Notes: generated by a model not told the origin, from the letters alone. A stretch of DNA of 64,000 bases from Patescibacteria group bacterium (GCA_038064415.1 JBBTTD010000001.1:13738-77737); one strand, 5' to 3'; positions 50,933 to 62,022 are shown, counted from the first letter of the stretch. Numbers and translations are program-made.

Positions 50933-52219
50933 ATGCCCGTTGAACAATTAATTCCGTCATTGGTATCGGATTTTAAATCAAATATTCTGCCACAGGCGAT
51001 TCAATTCATCATAACTATTTCGCCGATACTTTTTGTCTTTATTATGGCCAAGATTTTTTGGCCAATCTGGGTCAGTTATGTAAGGTCCAAGAATTTTCTA
51101 TCATTGAAATATACAACGCTTGAGATAAAGTTACCTAAAGACACATTCAAGTCTCCATTAGCGATGGAAGTATTTCTGCAATCTTTGCACAACACCGCGG
51201 ACGGAAGTCTCTATGCCCAATATTGGAAAGGCGAGACCCGGCCATGGTATTCTTTGGAGTTGGTTTCCATTGAAGGACGAGTTAAGTTTTTTATTTGGAC
51301 GGAAGATAGACGCAAAGGTGGAGTGATATCAGGATTGTATTCACAGTTTCCAGGAGTTGAAGTTCATGAAAATGAAGATTATGCGCGATCAGTACATTTT
51401 GATCCAAACACAATGAAAATCTGGGGATGCGAGTTTAAATTTACCAGAGAAGATCCTTACCCAATTAAAACCTATGTTGATTATGGACTTGATAAAGATC
51501 CAAAAGAGGAGTTCAAAGTAGATCCAATGACGCCTTTGATTGAATTTTTAGGAAATGTCGGAACTAATCAACAGATTTGGTTACAAATCTTGTTTCGCGC
51601 CCACAAAAAAGAGCAAAGAAAACCTGGGCATTGGTTTAAAAAGACGGATTTGTGGCAAGATGAAGCAAAGGAATTAGTTAATGAAATTTTAATCCGTGAC
51701 GCCAAGACCAAAGTGTCGGGTGAAATAAATCCAGATACCGGATACAGTAAATCACCGACGATCTCCAAAGGTGAACAAAGTATCGTTGAATCAATTGAGA
51801 GAAGCGTGACTAAACTTGCTTTTGATACTGGCATCAGGGCGCTCTATATTTCTAAAAAAGAAGTATTTGATGGACCTTTCGGAATAGGTGGAATTATTGG
51901 CAATATGAAGCATTTCAATACAGAAAGTCTCAATGGTTTCAAACCTAATGGGGATGTTTGGCATAGTAGACTAGACGATCCTTGGAAGGATTATAATAAT
52001 ATTCGTCGAGACCGCTATGCTCGTGAAGCTTTGGCTACATACAAACGTCGATCATTTTTTTATCCCGCGCTGTATCCATTTAGTAGGAGTAAATCTATGA
52101 TACTAAATACCGAAGAATTGGCTACGGTATATCATTTTCCAGGATCCGTCGCCGCTACCCCATCACTGGATCGTATTCCATCAAAGAAAGCCGAGGCACC
52201 TTCAAATCTGCCAGTCTAA
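50933..52219 (+). CDS. Conserved hypothetical membrane protein
   Basis: N-terminal TM, LEIKLP, YPIKTY, ILNTEELATVYHFP, EAPSNLP; ATG follows TGTTATAAT. Confidence 0.75.
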   Translation: MPVEQLIPSLVSDFKSNILPQAIQFIITISPILFVFIMAKIFWPIWVSYVRSKNFLSLKYTTLEIKLPKDTFKSPLAMEVFLQSLHNTADGSLYAQYWKGETRPWYSLELVSIEGRVKFFIWTEDRRKGGVISGLYSQFPGVEVHENEDYARSVHFDPNTMKIWGCEFKFTREDPYPIKTYVDYGLDKDPKEEFKVDPMTPLIEFLGNVGTNQQIWLQILFRAHKKEQRKPGHWFKKTDLWQDEAKELVNEILIRDAKTKVSGEINPDTGYSKSPTISKGEQSIVESIERSVTKLAFDTGIRALYISKKEVFDGPFGIGGIIGNMKHFNTESLNGFKPNGDVWHSRLDDPWKDYNNIRRDRYAREALATYKRRSFFYPALYPFSRSKSMILNTEELATVYHFPGSVAATPSLDRIPSKKAEAPSNLPV

Positions 52220-52225
52220 ACAGTT

Positions 52226-53215
52226 ATGTCTACTTACAGATTGAAAATACTGACAAATAGGTTATTTCGTAGATATGAGACTGTCACAAAAGGCCTTATA
52301 GCTTTGGGCTTGTTGGCATTAATTGTCTTAATTATTTATTCAATTTCTCCATTAAATTTTCCTAGAGGTAAGATTGTTAGAATCAACAAAAATATGGGTG
52401 TGACCGCGGTCGCCAATATGCTTAAAGATGATGGCATTATTCGTTCAGCGTTTATTTACAAAGCATATGTTGTTCTTTTGCATGATGGTAAAGGCGTTCA
52501 GGCAGGCAGTTATTTATTTGATCAACCCCAGTCAGCTTTGAGAGTGGCTTATAGAACTGCTTATGGTATCAGCGAATTGCAAAAAATTAGAGTCACAATA
52601 TTTGAAGGCTTAAATTCTAAAGAAATTGGGACTACAATAAAAAAGAACATTCCAGAATTTGATGTTGATGACTTTATTAGTAAGGCCAGAAACTATGAAG
52701 GTCATCTTTTTCCTGAAACATATTTTTTCAATCCAGACGTAGAATCCGATGAGGTTATCGCTGAAATGCGTGGACAGTTTGATAGGGAGATAGTTCCATA
52801 TAAAGATGCCGTAGCTACTTCAACGAAATCGCTTAGAGAAATAATCATCATGGCTTCCATAATAGAGAAAGAGGCCAATAATACAGAAGATCGCCGAATG
52901 GTTTCGGGTGTATTATGGAATAGAATCAGAATTAACATGCCACTTCAAACAGATGTGCCATTTTATTACATTATCAATCGAGCCGCTAATCAATTAACCG
53001 TGAAAGATTTGGCTACAACTTCTCCATACAATACTTATCTTAATAAAGGTTTACCGCCGACTCCAATAAGTAATCCTGGTCTTGACTCTATTGAAGCGGC
53101 ATTATATCCAACTAAGAGCCAGTATTTGTTTTATCTCGCTGACGGCAATGGCATAACTCATTTTGCCAAAACTCATGATGAACATGTGGCAAATAAATTC
53201 AAGTATTTGCAGTAA
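52226..53215 (+). CDS. mltG: Endolytic transglycosylase MltG
   Basis: EGHLFPETY, MASIIEKE, SPYNTY..GLPPTPISNPG. Confidence 0.95.
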   Translation: MSTYRLKILTNRLFRRYETVTKGLIALGLLALIVLIIYSISPLNFPRGKIVRINKNMGVTAVANMLKDDGIIRSAFIYKAYVVLLHDGKGVQAGSYLFDQPQSALRVAYRTAYGISELQKIRVTIFEGLNSKEIGTTIKKNIPEFDVDDFISKARNYEGHLFPETYFFNPDVESDEVIAEMRGQFDREIVPYKDAVATSTKSLREIIIMASIIEKEANNTEDRRMVSGVLWNRIRINMPLQTDVPFYYIINRAANQLTVKDLATTSPYNTYLNKGLPPTPISNPGLDSIEAALYPTKSQYLFYLADGNGITHFAKTHDEHVANKFKYLQ

Positions 53216-53241
53216 AACGGAAAAAGCTGTAACTTGACTAG

Positions 53242-54375
53242 ATGAATAGAAAAGGACTGAAATCCAAAGTCTTCGTTGGCATGTCTGGCGGAGTGGATTC
53301 GTCGCTTTCCGCGACATTGCTGAAAAAAGCCGGGTTTAATGTAACGGGTGTTTTCATCAAGGTTTGGCAACCTAATTGGATAAAATGTGCTTGGAAAGAG
53401 GATCGGTTGGACGCGATGCGTGTCGCGGCACATTTAGATATTCCATTTGTCACACTTGATCTGGAAAAGGAATATAAAAAAAATGTCGTTGATTATATGA
53501 TCAATGAATACAAGTCTGGTCGCACGCCGAATCCAGATGTAATGTGCAACAAAAGCGTCAAATTTGGAGCTTTTTACGACTGGGCTATGGAAAATGGAGC
53601 AGATTTTATCGCGACTGGACATTATGCGAGAATAAGCGCGCGAGTACAAAAAAGTCCACAAACCGCAAATAAATCGTTCCGTCAACTACTTAAAGCGGTT
53701 GATCCAAGTAAAGATCAATCATATTTCTTGTACACATTGAAACGAGAACAACTTCAGCATATTTTATTTCCAATCGGTCATCTTAAAAAGACTGAAGTCA
53801 GGAAATTAGCGAAAAAGTCCAAACTACCGACGGCGGATAAAAAAGACAGTCAAGGTTTGTGTTTTATCGGCAAAGTTGACGTAAAAGATTTTCTTTCTCA
53901 CTATGTTGAAGCGAAATCAGGTAACATCTTGAATGAAAATGGGGAAATTATCGGCATTCATCCTGGCGCGTTGTTTTTTACGATTGGCGAGAGACATGGA
54001 TTCACGATAACAAGAAAGACTCCCGACGATTTGCCGTATTATATTGTTGATAAAGATGTTGAACGAAATACTCTTACTGTTTCGAGAAAAGATCTGGGCA
54101 ATAGACTTGCTCATACAGAGAAGGTGGCGCGAATAGATAAAGTCAATTGGATTGAGGGTGTTGTTCCAAATCAATTTGGCGCTGTAGATTCAGCTTTTTC
54201 ACTGCAAGCGCAGAGCCGATATCACCAAACTATGCAAAAAATTCGTATCAGTAATTTAACTATTTCTGGCATGACGATTGAATTTGAACAACCTCAAGAA
54301 GTAATTACACCTGGACAATCATTAGTTATTTACGATGGGGAAGTTTGTCTGGGAGGCGGAATTATTGAAGATTAA
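53242..54375 (+). CDS. mnmA: tRNA 2-thiouridylase MnmA
   Basis: GMSGGVDSS, GRTPNPDVMCN, ATGHY, KDQSYFL, DSQGLCF, TPGQ. Confidence 0.97.
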   Translation: MNRKGLKSKVFVGMSGGVDSSLSATLLKKAGFNVTGVFIKVWQPNWIKCAWKEDRLDAMRVAAHLDIPFVTLDLEKEYKKNVVDYMINEYKSGRTPNPDVMCNKSVKFGAFYDWAMENGADFIATGHYARISARVQKSPQTANKSFRQLLKAVDPSKDQSYFLYTLKREQLQHILFPIGHLKKTEVRKLAKKSKLPTADKKDSQGLCFIGKVDVKDFLSHYVEAKSGNILNENGEIIGIHPGALFFTIGERHGFTITRKTPDDLPYYIVDKDVERNTLTVSRKDLGNRLAHTEKVARIDKVNWIEGVVPNQFGAVDSAFSLQAQSRYHQTMQKIRISNLTISGMTIEFEQPQEVITPGQSLVIYDGEVCLGGGIIED

Positions 54376-54459
54376 ATCACTCATTACAACACAGGCGCGC
54401 ACATGTTGGGTCATCTACTTCTATTTAGTTTTTTAACTTTATTGTATAATATGGTTCCA

Positions 54460-55302
54460 ATGAATCACTTAATTACCATAACCAAGTCCGATGGCACTAA
54501 ACAGCTTTTTGAAGAAGAAAAACTGGTAAGTTCACTCAAGCGTGCTGGCGCATCCAACCAAGCTATTGATGAAATAGTTGAACAAGTAGAAAATAGTATC
54601 AAAGAAGGAATGACGACCAGTGAGATTTATGGCCATGCCTTTTCACTTTTGCGCAAGCACTCTGTTCATATAGCAGTCAAATATTCAGTTCGGCGAGCAT
54701 TGGCGGAGCTCGGACCTGACGGTTTTCCATTTGAGCGATTTGTGGCTCGAATATTCAATACTTGGGGATATGAGACGCTTACAGATCAACATGTTATGGG
54801 TTCATGTATTGAACACGAAGTTGATGTAATAGCTTGGAAAAGTGGGGTTTTAGCAATGGTTGAAGCAAAATTTCACAATGAATTTGGATTGAAATCTGAT
54901 GTCAAAGTGGCTCTCTATGTCAAAGCACGCTTTGATGATATCAGTGGTAATGCTTTTGATTTTGGTGGTATGAAGCAAAAACTATCGGAACGTTGGTTAT
55001 TTACTAATACAAAATTTACTGATCAAGCGATCAAATACAGTACTTGCAATAATCTCAAACTGATTGGCTGGAATTATCCTGCTGATAATAATTTACACAC
55101 AATCATTGAGAAGTATAGACTTCATCCGATTACTTGTGCGACTAGTCTCAACCACCAACAGAAAAAGGATTTGGTCGGTAGAAATATTTTGACTTGTTCT
55201 GATCTTGTCAGACAGCCGGAAATCCTAAAGTTGATTGGGATTCGTCAAGATTCCGATATCCAGAGAATTTTGGCTGAAGTGAGTTTGCTTACAGAAAAAT
55301 AG
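54460..55302 (+). CDS. ATP-cone + Mrr-like restriction endonuclease domain protein
   Basis: ITKSDG..FEEEKLVSSL ATP cone; GFPFERFVA, EVDVIA, VEAKFH, TNTKFTDQA. Confidence 0.8.
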   Translation: MNHLITITKSDGTKQLFEEEKLVSSLKRAGASNQAIDEIVEQVENSIKEGMTTSEIYGHAFSLLRKHSVHIAVKYSVRRALAELGPDGFPFERFVARIFNTWGYETLTDQHVMGSCIEHEVDVIAWKSGVLAMVEAKFHNEFGLKSDVKVALYVKARFDDISGNAFDFGGMKQKLSERWLFTNTKFTDQAIKYSTCNNLKLIGWNYPADNNLHTIIEKYRLHPITCATSLNHQQKKDLVGRNILTCSDLVRQPEILKLIGIRQDSDIQRILAEVSLLTEK

Positions 55303-55333
55303 GGTGATAAGCAAGAAAGCGTATGTAATTTTT

Positions 55334-55945
55334 ATGAATAAGATTGAAGAGATGAAAAAAATTCGGGATGAGATTCTTGTCTTAAAGGGATCTCCTCTTT
55401 ACGAGTATAGAGTTATGAATAATTTTTTGCCAGTAATAGGCGAGGGAAGTCATGACGCCAAAATGATGTTTGTCGGCGAAGCTCCAGGTAGGAATGAGGC
55501 AAAGACAGGTAGACCTTTTTGTGGAGCCGCCGGTAAAGTCCTTGATCAACTTCTTGAACACATTAATGTTGATCGCAAGTCAGTCTATGTTACAAACATT
55601 GTCAAAGATCGTCCACCCGAAAATAGAGATCCGACGGTCATGGAAATTGAGGTTTATGGTCCGTTTTTGAATAGGCAGATAGAAATTATCAAGCCACGCG
55701 TTATTGTGGCACTTGGACGCTACGCAATGGGATACATTATGAAAAAGTTTGAATTAGACCTGGCACTTGAGCCAATAAGTAAAGCTCATGGAAAATCATA
55801 TTCAACCCAGATAGTCTGGAAAGATTCAAGTAGGAAGCCGATTGATTTGGATATAGTAGTTCAGTATCATCCGTGCGTGGCAGTTTATAATCCAAATAAT
55901 TTACCTAATTTAAAGAAAGATTTTGAGATACTGAAGACATATTAA
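55334..55945 (+). CDS. Uracil-DNA glycosylase (family 4-like)
   Basis: FVGEAPG..GRPFCGAAG, TNIVKDRPPENRDP, YHP. Confidence 0.9.
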   Translation: MNKIEEMKKIRDEILVLKGSPLYEYRVMNNFLPVIGEGSHDAKMMFVGEAPGRNEAKTGRPFCGAAGKVLDQLLEHINVDRKSVYVTNIVKDRPPENRDPTVMEIEVYGPFLNRQIEIIKPRVIVALGRYAMGYIMKKFELDLALEPISKAHGKSYSTQIVWKDSSRKPIDLDIVVQYHPCVAVYNPNNLPNLKKDFEILKTY

Positions 55946-55986
55946 AAAACCGGTCCAAACAAGACCGGCTGGTTTCTACGCATTTT

Positions 55987-56517
55987 TCAATTGAGATTTC
56001 TTTTCGTTTTTTCCTTCTGAAGTCTCTTGAGCTCTTTTGAAATAATACTTCTTAACTCCAAAGCCAAAAGTCGTTCGTTCATCTCTTCGTCCATTACGAC
56101 GATGTGAATTCCCTCCGCTTTTTCTCCGTATTTGTCCTGAAATTTATGTCTACCAAACCACGAACTTTTAATCTGAAGAGGAATAGAATGTTGCGCGGTG
56201 TCGTCAATCACGATATCTATCCAAAAATCAATTCCATGCCGTTCATCCTGATTTCGACTTGCTTTTCTGATTTTGAGAATCTCAGGGAATAGACCATTTT
56301 TAATGACTTCTTTAGCCATACCCAAAAAAAGCTTCTCATTGACGAACCCTTTCTTGTCTTCTTCCCGCTGCCTTTGAAGAAACCTATTGATTGGTTTACC
56401 TTTTCCATGTATCTTCTTGATAGTAGAGATTAAAGTGACTAGTTGCCCAGTTCCTGAATGCTGAATTGTCAAATCATCAGAATCGTCTGCGATCGGTGAA
56501 AGTTTACTTAGATTCAT
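55987..56517 (-). CDS. Hypothetical protein, possible PD-(D/E)xK nuclease fold
   Basis: E..F helix then D...GIDFWI...PLQIKSS. Confidence 0.55.
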   Translation of the reverse strand: MNLSKLSPIADDSDDLTIQHSGTGQLVTLISTIKKIHGKGKPINRFLQRQREEDKKGFVNEKLFLGMAKEVIKNGLFPEILKIRKASRNQDERHGIDFWIDIVIDDTAQHSIPLQIKSSWFGRHKFQDKYGEKAEGIHIVVMDEEMNERLLALELRSIISKELKRLQKEKTKRNLN

Positions 56518-56640
56518 ATGAACCTTTCGTGTTTAGTTTTTTACTCTAAAGCTAGATTACCATAAATGGTTAATATTGACAAGGTGTGGAGGTCAGACCT
56601 TCACTTTTAAGAAATCCGTATTTCTGCTACAATTTTCAAT

Positions 56641-58545
56641 ATGAACTCCTCCAAAATTCGCCGACGATTTCTGAACTTTTTTGAGAAAAGAGGGCATGCC
56701 ATTATTGACTCGGCTTCTTTGGTTACAACTGACGAAAAAAATGTGACTGATTCCACGCTTTTTAACACTGCTGGAATGCAGCCACTTGCGCCGTATTTAC
56801 TCGGTAAAATTCATCCAAAGGGTAATCGTCTCGCAGATGTCCAAAAATGTCTTCGTACAATTGATTTGGATGATGTCGGAGATAAAACTCACGCCACCTT
56901 TTTTGAGATGCTAGGCAACTGGTCACTTGGTGATTATTTCAAAAAAGATGCTATCAATTGGAGTTATGAATTTTTGACTGACAAGAATGAAGGGCTTGGT
57001 CTTGATCCGAGTAGGCTTTATGTAACTGTTTTTGAAGGTAACTCCAACAGTCCAAAAGATGATGAAGCGGTTGAAATTTGGCAAGAGGTGTTTGCGAAAA
57101 ATAGTGTTGATATTGGTAACGATACCTCTAATATTAGAAATTCAGGACGTATTTTCTATATGCCAGCGAATGCGAATTGGTGGGAGGCAGGTGAAAATGG
57201 ACCATGTGGTCCAGATACGGAGATGTATTATGATATCACCGGTAAATTTGGGGGTAAGTGTTTGACCAAAGAGCAATTCATTGAAGCTGAAAGTCAAAAA
57301 GAAATTGTTGAGGTCTGGAATGATGTCTTTATGCAATATGAAAAGAAAAATGGCAAAATTGTCGGTAAATTGGCAAAGCCGTCAGTTGATACTGGCGCCG
57401 GATTGGAAAGATTGGCAATGATTATGCAGGGCGTGGATAATATTTATGAGACGGATTTGTTGAAGCCGGTTATGGATAATATTGAACAGAAAAAAAACAA
57501 AAAACATTTACAAGATTGGGATATTAAATCAGTTAGAATCATAGCGGATCATGTGAGGGCCGCAATATTTCTAATTGCTGATGGTGTAATCCCGTCTAAT
57601 ATAGGTAGAGGATATGTTCTACGTAAGTTGATCCGTAGAGCGATTCGCCAACAGAAACTTATTAAGTTAGAAATCAGCAATTTATCAGAATTTGTTCCTA
57701 TTGTTATTGAAATCTATAGGAAAACTTATCCTACTCTTGTTAGAAAGGAAAGACAAATCAAGGAAATTTTTAGTCAAGAAGGTGGCAAATTTATACAGGT
57801 TCTTCATAGTGGTGATCTTGAAATTGATGATTTAATCAAGAAAGCGATACATGAGAAGAGATCAATTTCTGGAAAGGAATCTTTTATTTTATACTCATCG
57901 TATGGATTTCCGATCGAAGAAACAGTTAAAATAGCAAAGACTAAAGGGATTGATGTTGACATTGTGGGATTTGAAGATGAATTCAAAAAACACCAAGAAC
58001 TTTCTCGCTCTGGCGCTGAACAAAAATTCAAGGGCGGTCTGGCTAACTCGCAAGATGAGATGGTTGTCAGATATCACACCGCTACTCATTTACTACATCA
58101 AGCTCTGCATGATGTTTTAGGTGAAGGCGCTAATCAAAAAGGCTCTAATATCACTAAAGAACGCCTGCGTTTTGATTTTTCCCATTCTGTTAGAATGGCA
58201 GATGAACAAAAAAAACGCGTTGAGGATATTGTCAATCAGAAAATCAATGAAGCATTACCCGTGAATAATGTTATTTTATCTCGCGAAGATGCCGAAAAGA
58301 CTGGCGCGCGACACTTTTTTGGAGAAAAATACGGAGATCAGATTTCAATCTTTTTTGTCGGTCACGCTTCTAGACCACCAACTATTGCTGAATTGAAAAA
58401 TGCCTATTCAAAAGAATTTTGTGGTGGACCTCATGTCAAAAATACTAAGGAACTTACCGGACCAGAAGGGAAGTGGATGTTCAAAATACAAAAAGAAGAA
58501 GCAGTCGCGCAAGGGATAAGAAGGATTAAGGCGGTATTGAATTGA
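56641..58545 (+). CDS. alaS: Alanine--tRNA ligase (short form, no C-Ala domain)
   Basis: FNTAGMQ, FFEMLGNWS, GPCGP, DTGAGLER, ADHVR, editing HTATH and CGGPH. Confidence 0.97.
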   Translation: MNSSKIRRRFLNFFEKRGHAIIDSASLVTTDEKNVTDSTLFNTAGMQPLAPYLLGKIHPKGNRLADVQKCLRTIDLDDVGDKTHATFFEMLGNWSLGDYFKKDAINWSYEFLTDKNEGLGLDPSRLYVTVFEGNSNSPKDDEAVEIWQEVFAKNSVDIGNDTSNIRNSGRIFYMPANANWWEAGENGPCGPDTEMYYDITGKFGGKCLTKEQFIEAESQKEIVEVWNDVFMQYEKKNGKIVGKLAKPSVDTGAGLERLAMIMQGVDNIYETDLLKPVMDNIEQKKNKKHLQDWDIKSVRIIADHVRAAIFLIADGVIPSNIGRGYVLRKLIRRAIRQQKLIKLEISNLSEFVPIVIEIYRKTYPTLVRKERQIKEIFSQEGGKFIQVLHSGDLEIDDLIKKAIHEKRSISGKESFILYSSYGFPIEETVKIAKTKGIDVDIVGFEDEFKKHQELSRSGAEQKFKGGLANSQDEMVVRYHTATHLLHQALHDVLGEGANQKGSNITKERLRFDFSHSVRMADEQKKRVEDIVNQKINEALPVNNVILSREDAEKTGARHFFGEKYGDQISIFFVGHASRPPTIAELKNAYSKEFCGGPHVKNTKELTGPEGKWMFKIQKEEAVAQGIRRIKAVLN

Positions 58546-58568
58546 TCATTTATGTTATAATATTCTCA

Positions 58569-59714
58569 ATGTTTTTCTCGCATAAATATGGCACGCTAAA
58601 TTTAGTACTTGATCTCCAAAGTTCAGTCGTTCGTGGTGCTTTAGTTGAGATGAGAGAGGGTAAGTCTCCTTTAGTGTTATTTACTTACGATGTGGCAATT
58701 CCTTATAGATCAAATTCTGGAAGCGAATATTTAATTAAAGCGACACTCAACGCAGTCAATGAAGTAATCAATGAAACATTAAAACACCTCCATATTCGGT
58801 CATCTGTTGAAAAAATTCCAAAAAAGATTTCAGAGATAAATTATGTTTTGTCTTCCCCTTGGATTATTTCTCAAGCTAGGACACTCTCACTTGTTTTCAA
58901 AAAGAATACTTCAGTTGACAAGTCGTTCATTTTGGATTTGATTGTCAAAGAACGATCAAAGATTTTACCAAAAGGAAATGAGAGTGTTGTCATTATTGAG
59001 GAGAAAGTCTTTGACGTTAGATTGAATGGATATTCAGTCACTTCTTGGAGTGAACAAGAAGCTCGTAACCTAGAAGTGTCCTTTGTATTTAGCGCCGCCG
59101 GCAAGAAAATTATTGAAAAACTCGTAAAAGCGTGCGGTCACGCTGTTCATCATAATCAAGTAAAATTTCATTCCTCGCTTTTTCTCCAGCACATTTCAAT
59201 CCAAAAGCTCTTTCCCGATAGATCAAGTTACGCGCTAGTTCATATTCACGGGGAACTTACCGATGTCATAGTCATTGATTCGCAAGCATGCATATTTTTA
59301 GGATCTTATCCTTTTGGAATAAGAACAATTATCAGAAATCTGTCCGACGAATTGAAAATTGACGAAAATACCGCAGAATCAATGTTAACAATAGCAGTTA
59401 GCGATCACTTTGACCCCAACCACGCAAAAAAAGAATCGGAGGGTATAACAAAGGTAAAAAGACTCTGGATTGATAAGTTTCAAAAACTACTTGACGCCAA
59501 CCCCGAAAAGATTGTTATTCCTCGTTATACTATTATTTCCGCCCATTCACATGAGGATTTCTTCAAAACAATTTTTTTGGAAACATACCCGCTATCGTTA
59601 CAATTGTTAAGTCTAGATGATGTCTTCCCACACATTGAATACGATATTCACGCGGAGAGAAAGATGATGGTTGGACTTTATATTATAGCCATTCGCAGTT
59701 TAGATAATGATTAA
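58569..59714 (+). CDS. Hypothetical protein, degenerate FtsA/PilM actin-like fold
   Basis: LVLDLQSSVVR, VRLNGY, LVHIHGELTDV, PFG..IIR.LS..L..AES. Confidence 0.5.
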   Translation: MFFSHKYGTLNLVLDLQSSVVRGALVEMREGKSPLVLFTYDVAIPYRSNSGSEYLIKATLNAVNEVINETLKHLHIRSSVEKIPKKISEINYVLSSPWIISQARTLSLVFKKNTSVDKSFILDLIVKERSKILPKGNESVVIIEEKVFDVRLNGYSVTSWSEQEARNLEVSFVFSAAGKKIIEKLVKACGHAVHHNQVKFHSSLFLQHISIQKLFPDRSSYALVHIHGELTDVIVIDSQACIFLGSYPFGIRTIIRNLSDELKIDENTAESMLTIAVSDHFDPNHAKKESEGITKVKRLWIDKFQKLLDANPEKIVIPRYTIISAHSHEDFFKTIFLETYPLSLQLLSLDDVFPHIEYDIHAERKMMVGLYIIAIRSLDND

Positions 59715-59739
59715 TTATATGGTATAGTACTTCTATATT

Positions 59740-61176
59740 ATGCCTCGTCGAGTTCAAGATATAGTACCAAATAGCCATCGCTCAATACGGGATGTACCTG
59801 TAGAGCGAAATCGCGCAGACGCTTCTATTCAGCAATCAAAAGAAAAGACTAGCTCAAAGCCAAAGATACATACGACAGAGGTTCGTCTTTCGGACAAAGA
59901 AAAAATAACTGGTGATTTGGTGCTTGTTAACAAAGATTCCAAAATAAATCAAAAAGATCTAAATATCCCGGTAAAACGCATATCTGTCACTCCACCGCAT
60001 CATTCAAAAAAGAAAGGGTCCAATAAAGGGCTGTTGATTTTAGTGGGTATCGTCGTTATCGTCGCGGGAACAGGTTATGTCGCGTCGGTGTATTTTTCCA
60101 AAGCGACATTCACTTTACAATCGAGAGTTGTTCCAATAACGGTAAACAGCACTTACATAGCGCAGAATGCCGGAATCAAAAGTCCGTTGTCTTATGAGTT
60201 GTCCGTCGTGAAAAATAGTTCTTCAATTACGGTATCAGCGGTAGATGGCGCTCAAATATCCACAACCGCAAAGGGTAAAGTCACTGTGTACAACTCATAC
60301 AGTTCAGGATCTCAAAGACTGGTCGCCGGAACAAGACTTTCTGATGACACTGGTCGAATATATCGTCTAACTAGTTCAATAACTATCCCGGGATATACTA
60401 ATGCTAAGGGTACAATAACGCCTGGAAGCATTGTAACGACGGTTTCCGCTGACAAACCTGGAGAATCATATAATATTTCTCGAAGCGATTCCATCAGTGA
60501 TTTTAAGATTGTCGCTTATAAAGGAACCGCTAGATACGATAGCATGTATGCCAGACTTGCTAGTGATATTAGTGGCGGATTTATTGGTAAAAAGAAAACT
60601 ATTAGCTCGGACATTCTCGCTTCTAGCACGGCAATGTTGCAAGCCAAAATTACCGCGACACTTTTGAGTCAGGTTAAAGAAAATATACCTGAAGGATACA
60701 TTATGTATGCTAACAGTTATGTCACATCATTTGGAACTCCGACAATTGGCGGAACCGATTCAAAAACCGCGGTTATAACATTACAGGGAACACTTTATGG
60801 AATACTTTTTAAAAAGACCGAATTGGTAAATCGTATAGCTGGTCAAACTGCTGTTGACCAGTTTGAAAATTATGCGTATGACACTCCTGGTCTTGATAAT
60901 TTGGAATTCAGCATCTCAAACAAAAAAGATTTCTCTCCAGAAAAGAAAAACACTCTAATTATTAACCTTAAAGGTGATGCCTTGCTTGTCGGCTCAATAC
61001 CGGTTGAGACTTTAAAGGCAGAATTGGCTGGATTATCTTTGTCAGAGACTCGAGCTATTCTGATAAAATACAAACCCGTGATAGATGTTGAGAATAGTTC
61101 AGGTGAAGTTACACCCCCATGGTCGAGGGTACCGAGTGTTTCTGATAGAATAGCAATCAAGATCTTGACGAAATAG
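59740..61176 (+). CDS. Bitopic membrane protein with baseplate-J-like segment
   Basis: Disordered N-terminus, [35 protein letters not shown]. Confidence 0.55.
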   Translation: MPRRVQDIVPNSHRSIRDVPVERNRADASIQQSKEKTSSKPKIHTTEVRLSDKEKITGDLVLVNKDSKINQKDLNIPVKRISVTPPHHSKKKGSNKGLLILVGIVVIVAGTGYVASVYFSKATFTLQSRVVPITVNSTYIAQNAGIKSPLSYELSVVKNSSSITVSAVDGAQISTTAKGKVTVYNSYSSGSQRLVAGTRLSDDTGRIYRLTSSITIPGYTNAKGTITPGSIVTTVSADKPGESYNISRSDSISDFKIVAYKGTARYDSMYARLASDISGGFIGKKKTISSDILASSTAMLQAKITATLLSQVKENIPEGYIMYANSYVTSFGTPTIGGTDSKTAVITLQGTLYGILFKKTELVNRIAGQTAVDQFENYAYDTPGLDNLEFSISNKKDFSPEKKNTLIINLKGDALLVGSIPVETLKAELAGLSLSETRAILIKYKPVIDVENSSGEVTPPWSRVPSVSDRIAIKILTK

Positions 61177-61216
61177 CCTCTTGTCTGCTAGTATTGTCAG
61201 ACGCGCTAAATACGAA

Positions 61217-61438
61217 ATGGACACTGCGCCAAAATCCAAAAATACCGCAAGCGGCATTGTCGTTGAGGCGTTGCCGAATACGCTATTTAGAGTTGAACTC
61301 CAAGATTCCAAGGAAATTATTTTGGCATATCTTGCTGGTAAAATGCGAATGAATCGCATTAGAGTACTCATTGGAGATAAAGTCGAACTGGAACTGGATC
61401 CATACGGAGGTAGAGCTAGGATCACAAGACGTCTATAA
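61217..61438 (+). CDS. infA: Translation initiation factor IF-1
   Basis: [32 protein letters not shown]. Confidence 0.96.
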   Translation: MDTAPKSKNTASGIVVEALPNTLFRVELQDSKEIILAYLAGKMRMNRIRVLIGDKVELELDPYGGRARITRRL

Positions 61439-61439
61439 A

Positions 61440-61556
61440 ATGAAAGTTAAAGCATCAGTAAAACGAATTTGTCCAAAGTGTACCGTCGTTCGGCGAGGGG
61501 GATATGTTTATGTGGTCTGCAAATCAAATCCAAGACATAAACAACGCCAAGGGTAA
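61440..61556 (+). CDS. rpmJ: 50S ribosomal protein L36
   Basis: [20 protein letters not shown]. Confidence 0.97.
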   Translation: MKVKASVKRICPKCTVVRRGGYVYVVCKSNPRHKQRQG

Positions 61557-61641
61557 GAAACAGGAGATGAAAAACCAAAATATCAAGTCATGTCTTATAC
61601 CTCTTAGCTCACTATTTTAAAATAAATCATTATATAACACC

Positions 61642-62022
61642 ATGCGTATCTTAGGCATAACAGTTCCGGAAAATAAGCGACTAGAGTTCGCTCTTACTGC
61701 TATATATGGCGTCGGTCGTTCACGAGCCAAACTCATCTTAAATAAGACAAGGGTTGACGGAGGATTAAAATCCAAAGATTTGACTGTTGAACAAGAAAAT
61801 GAGATTCGGAAATTGGTTGAAAGTTTTAAGATTGAAGGTGATCTAAAGCGTGAAGTTGCGGGTAATGTTAAACGTTTGAAAGACATCAAAGCATATCGCG
61901 GACTACGACACGCTCGCCACTTACCGACTAGAGGTCAAAGAACAAAGACCAATTCTAGGACAGTCAGGGGAAATGTTCGCAAAACGATGGGATCGGGTAA
62001 GCGTAAGGAAGAGAAGAAATAA
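61642..62022 (+). CDS. rpsM: 30S ribosomal protein S13
   Basis: LTAIYGVG, YRGLRH..LPTRGQRTKTNSRT. Confidence 0.97.
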   Translation: MRILGITVPENKRLEFALTAIYGVGRSRAKLILNKTRVDGGLKSKDLTVEQENEIRKLVESFKIEGDLKREVAGNVKRLKDIKAYRGLRHARHLPTRGQRTKTNSRTVRGNVRKTMGSGKRKEEKK

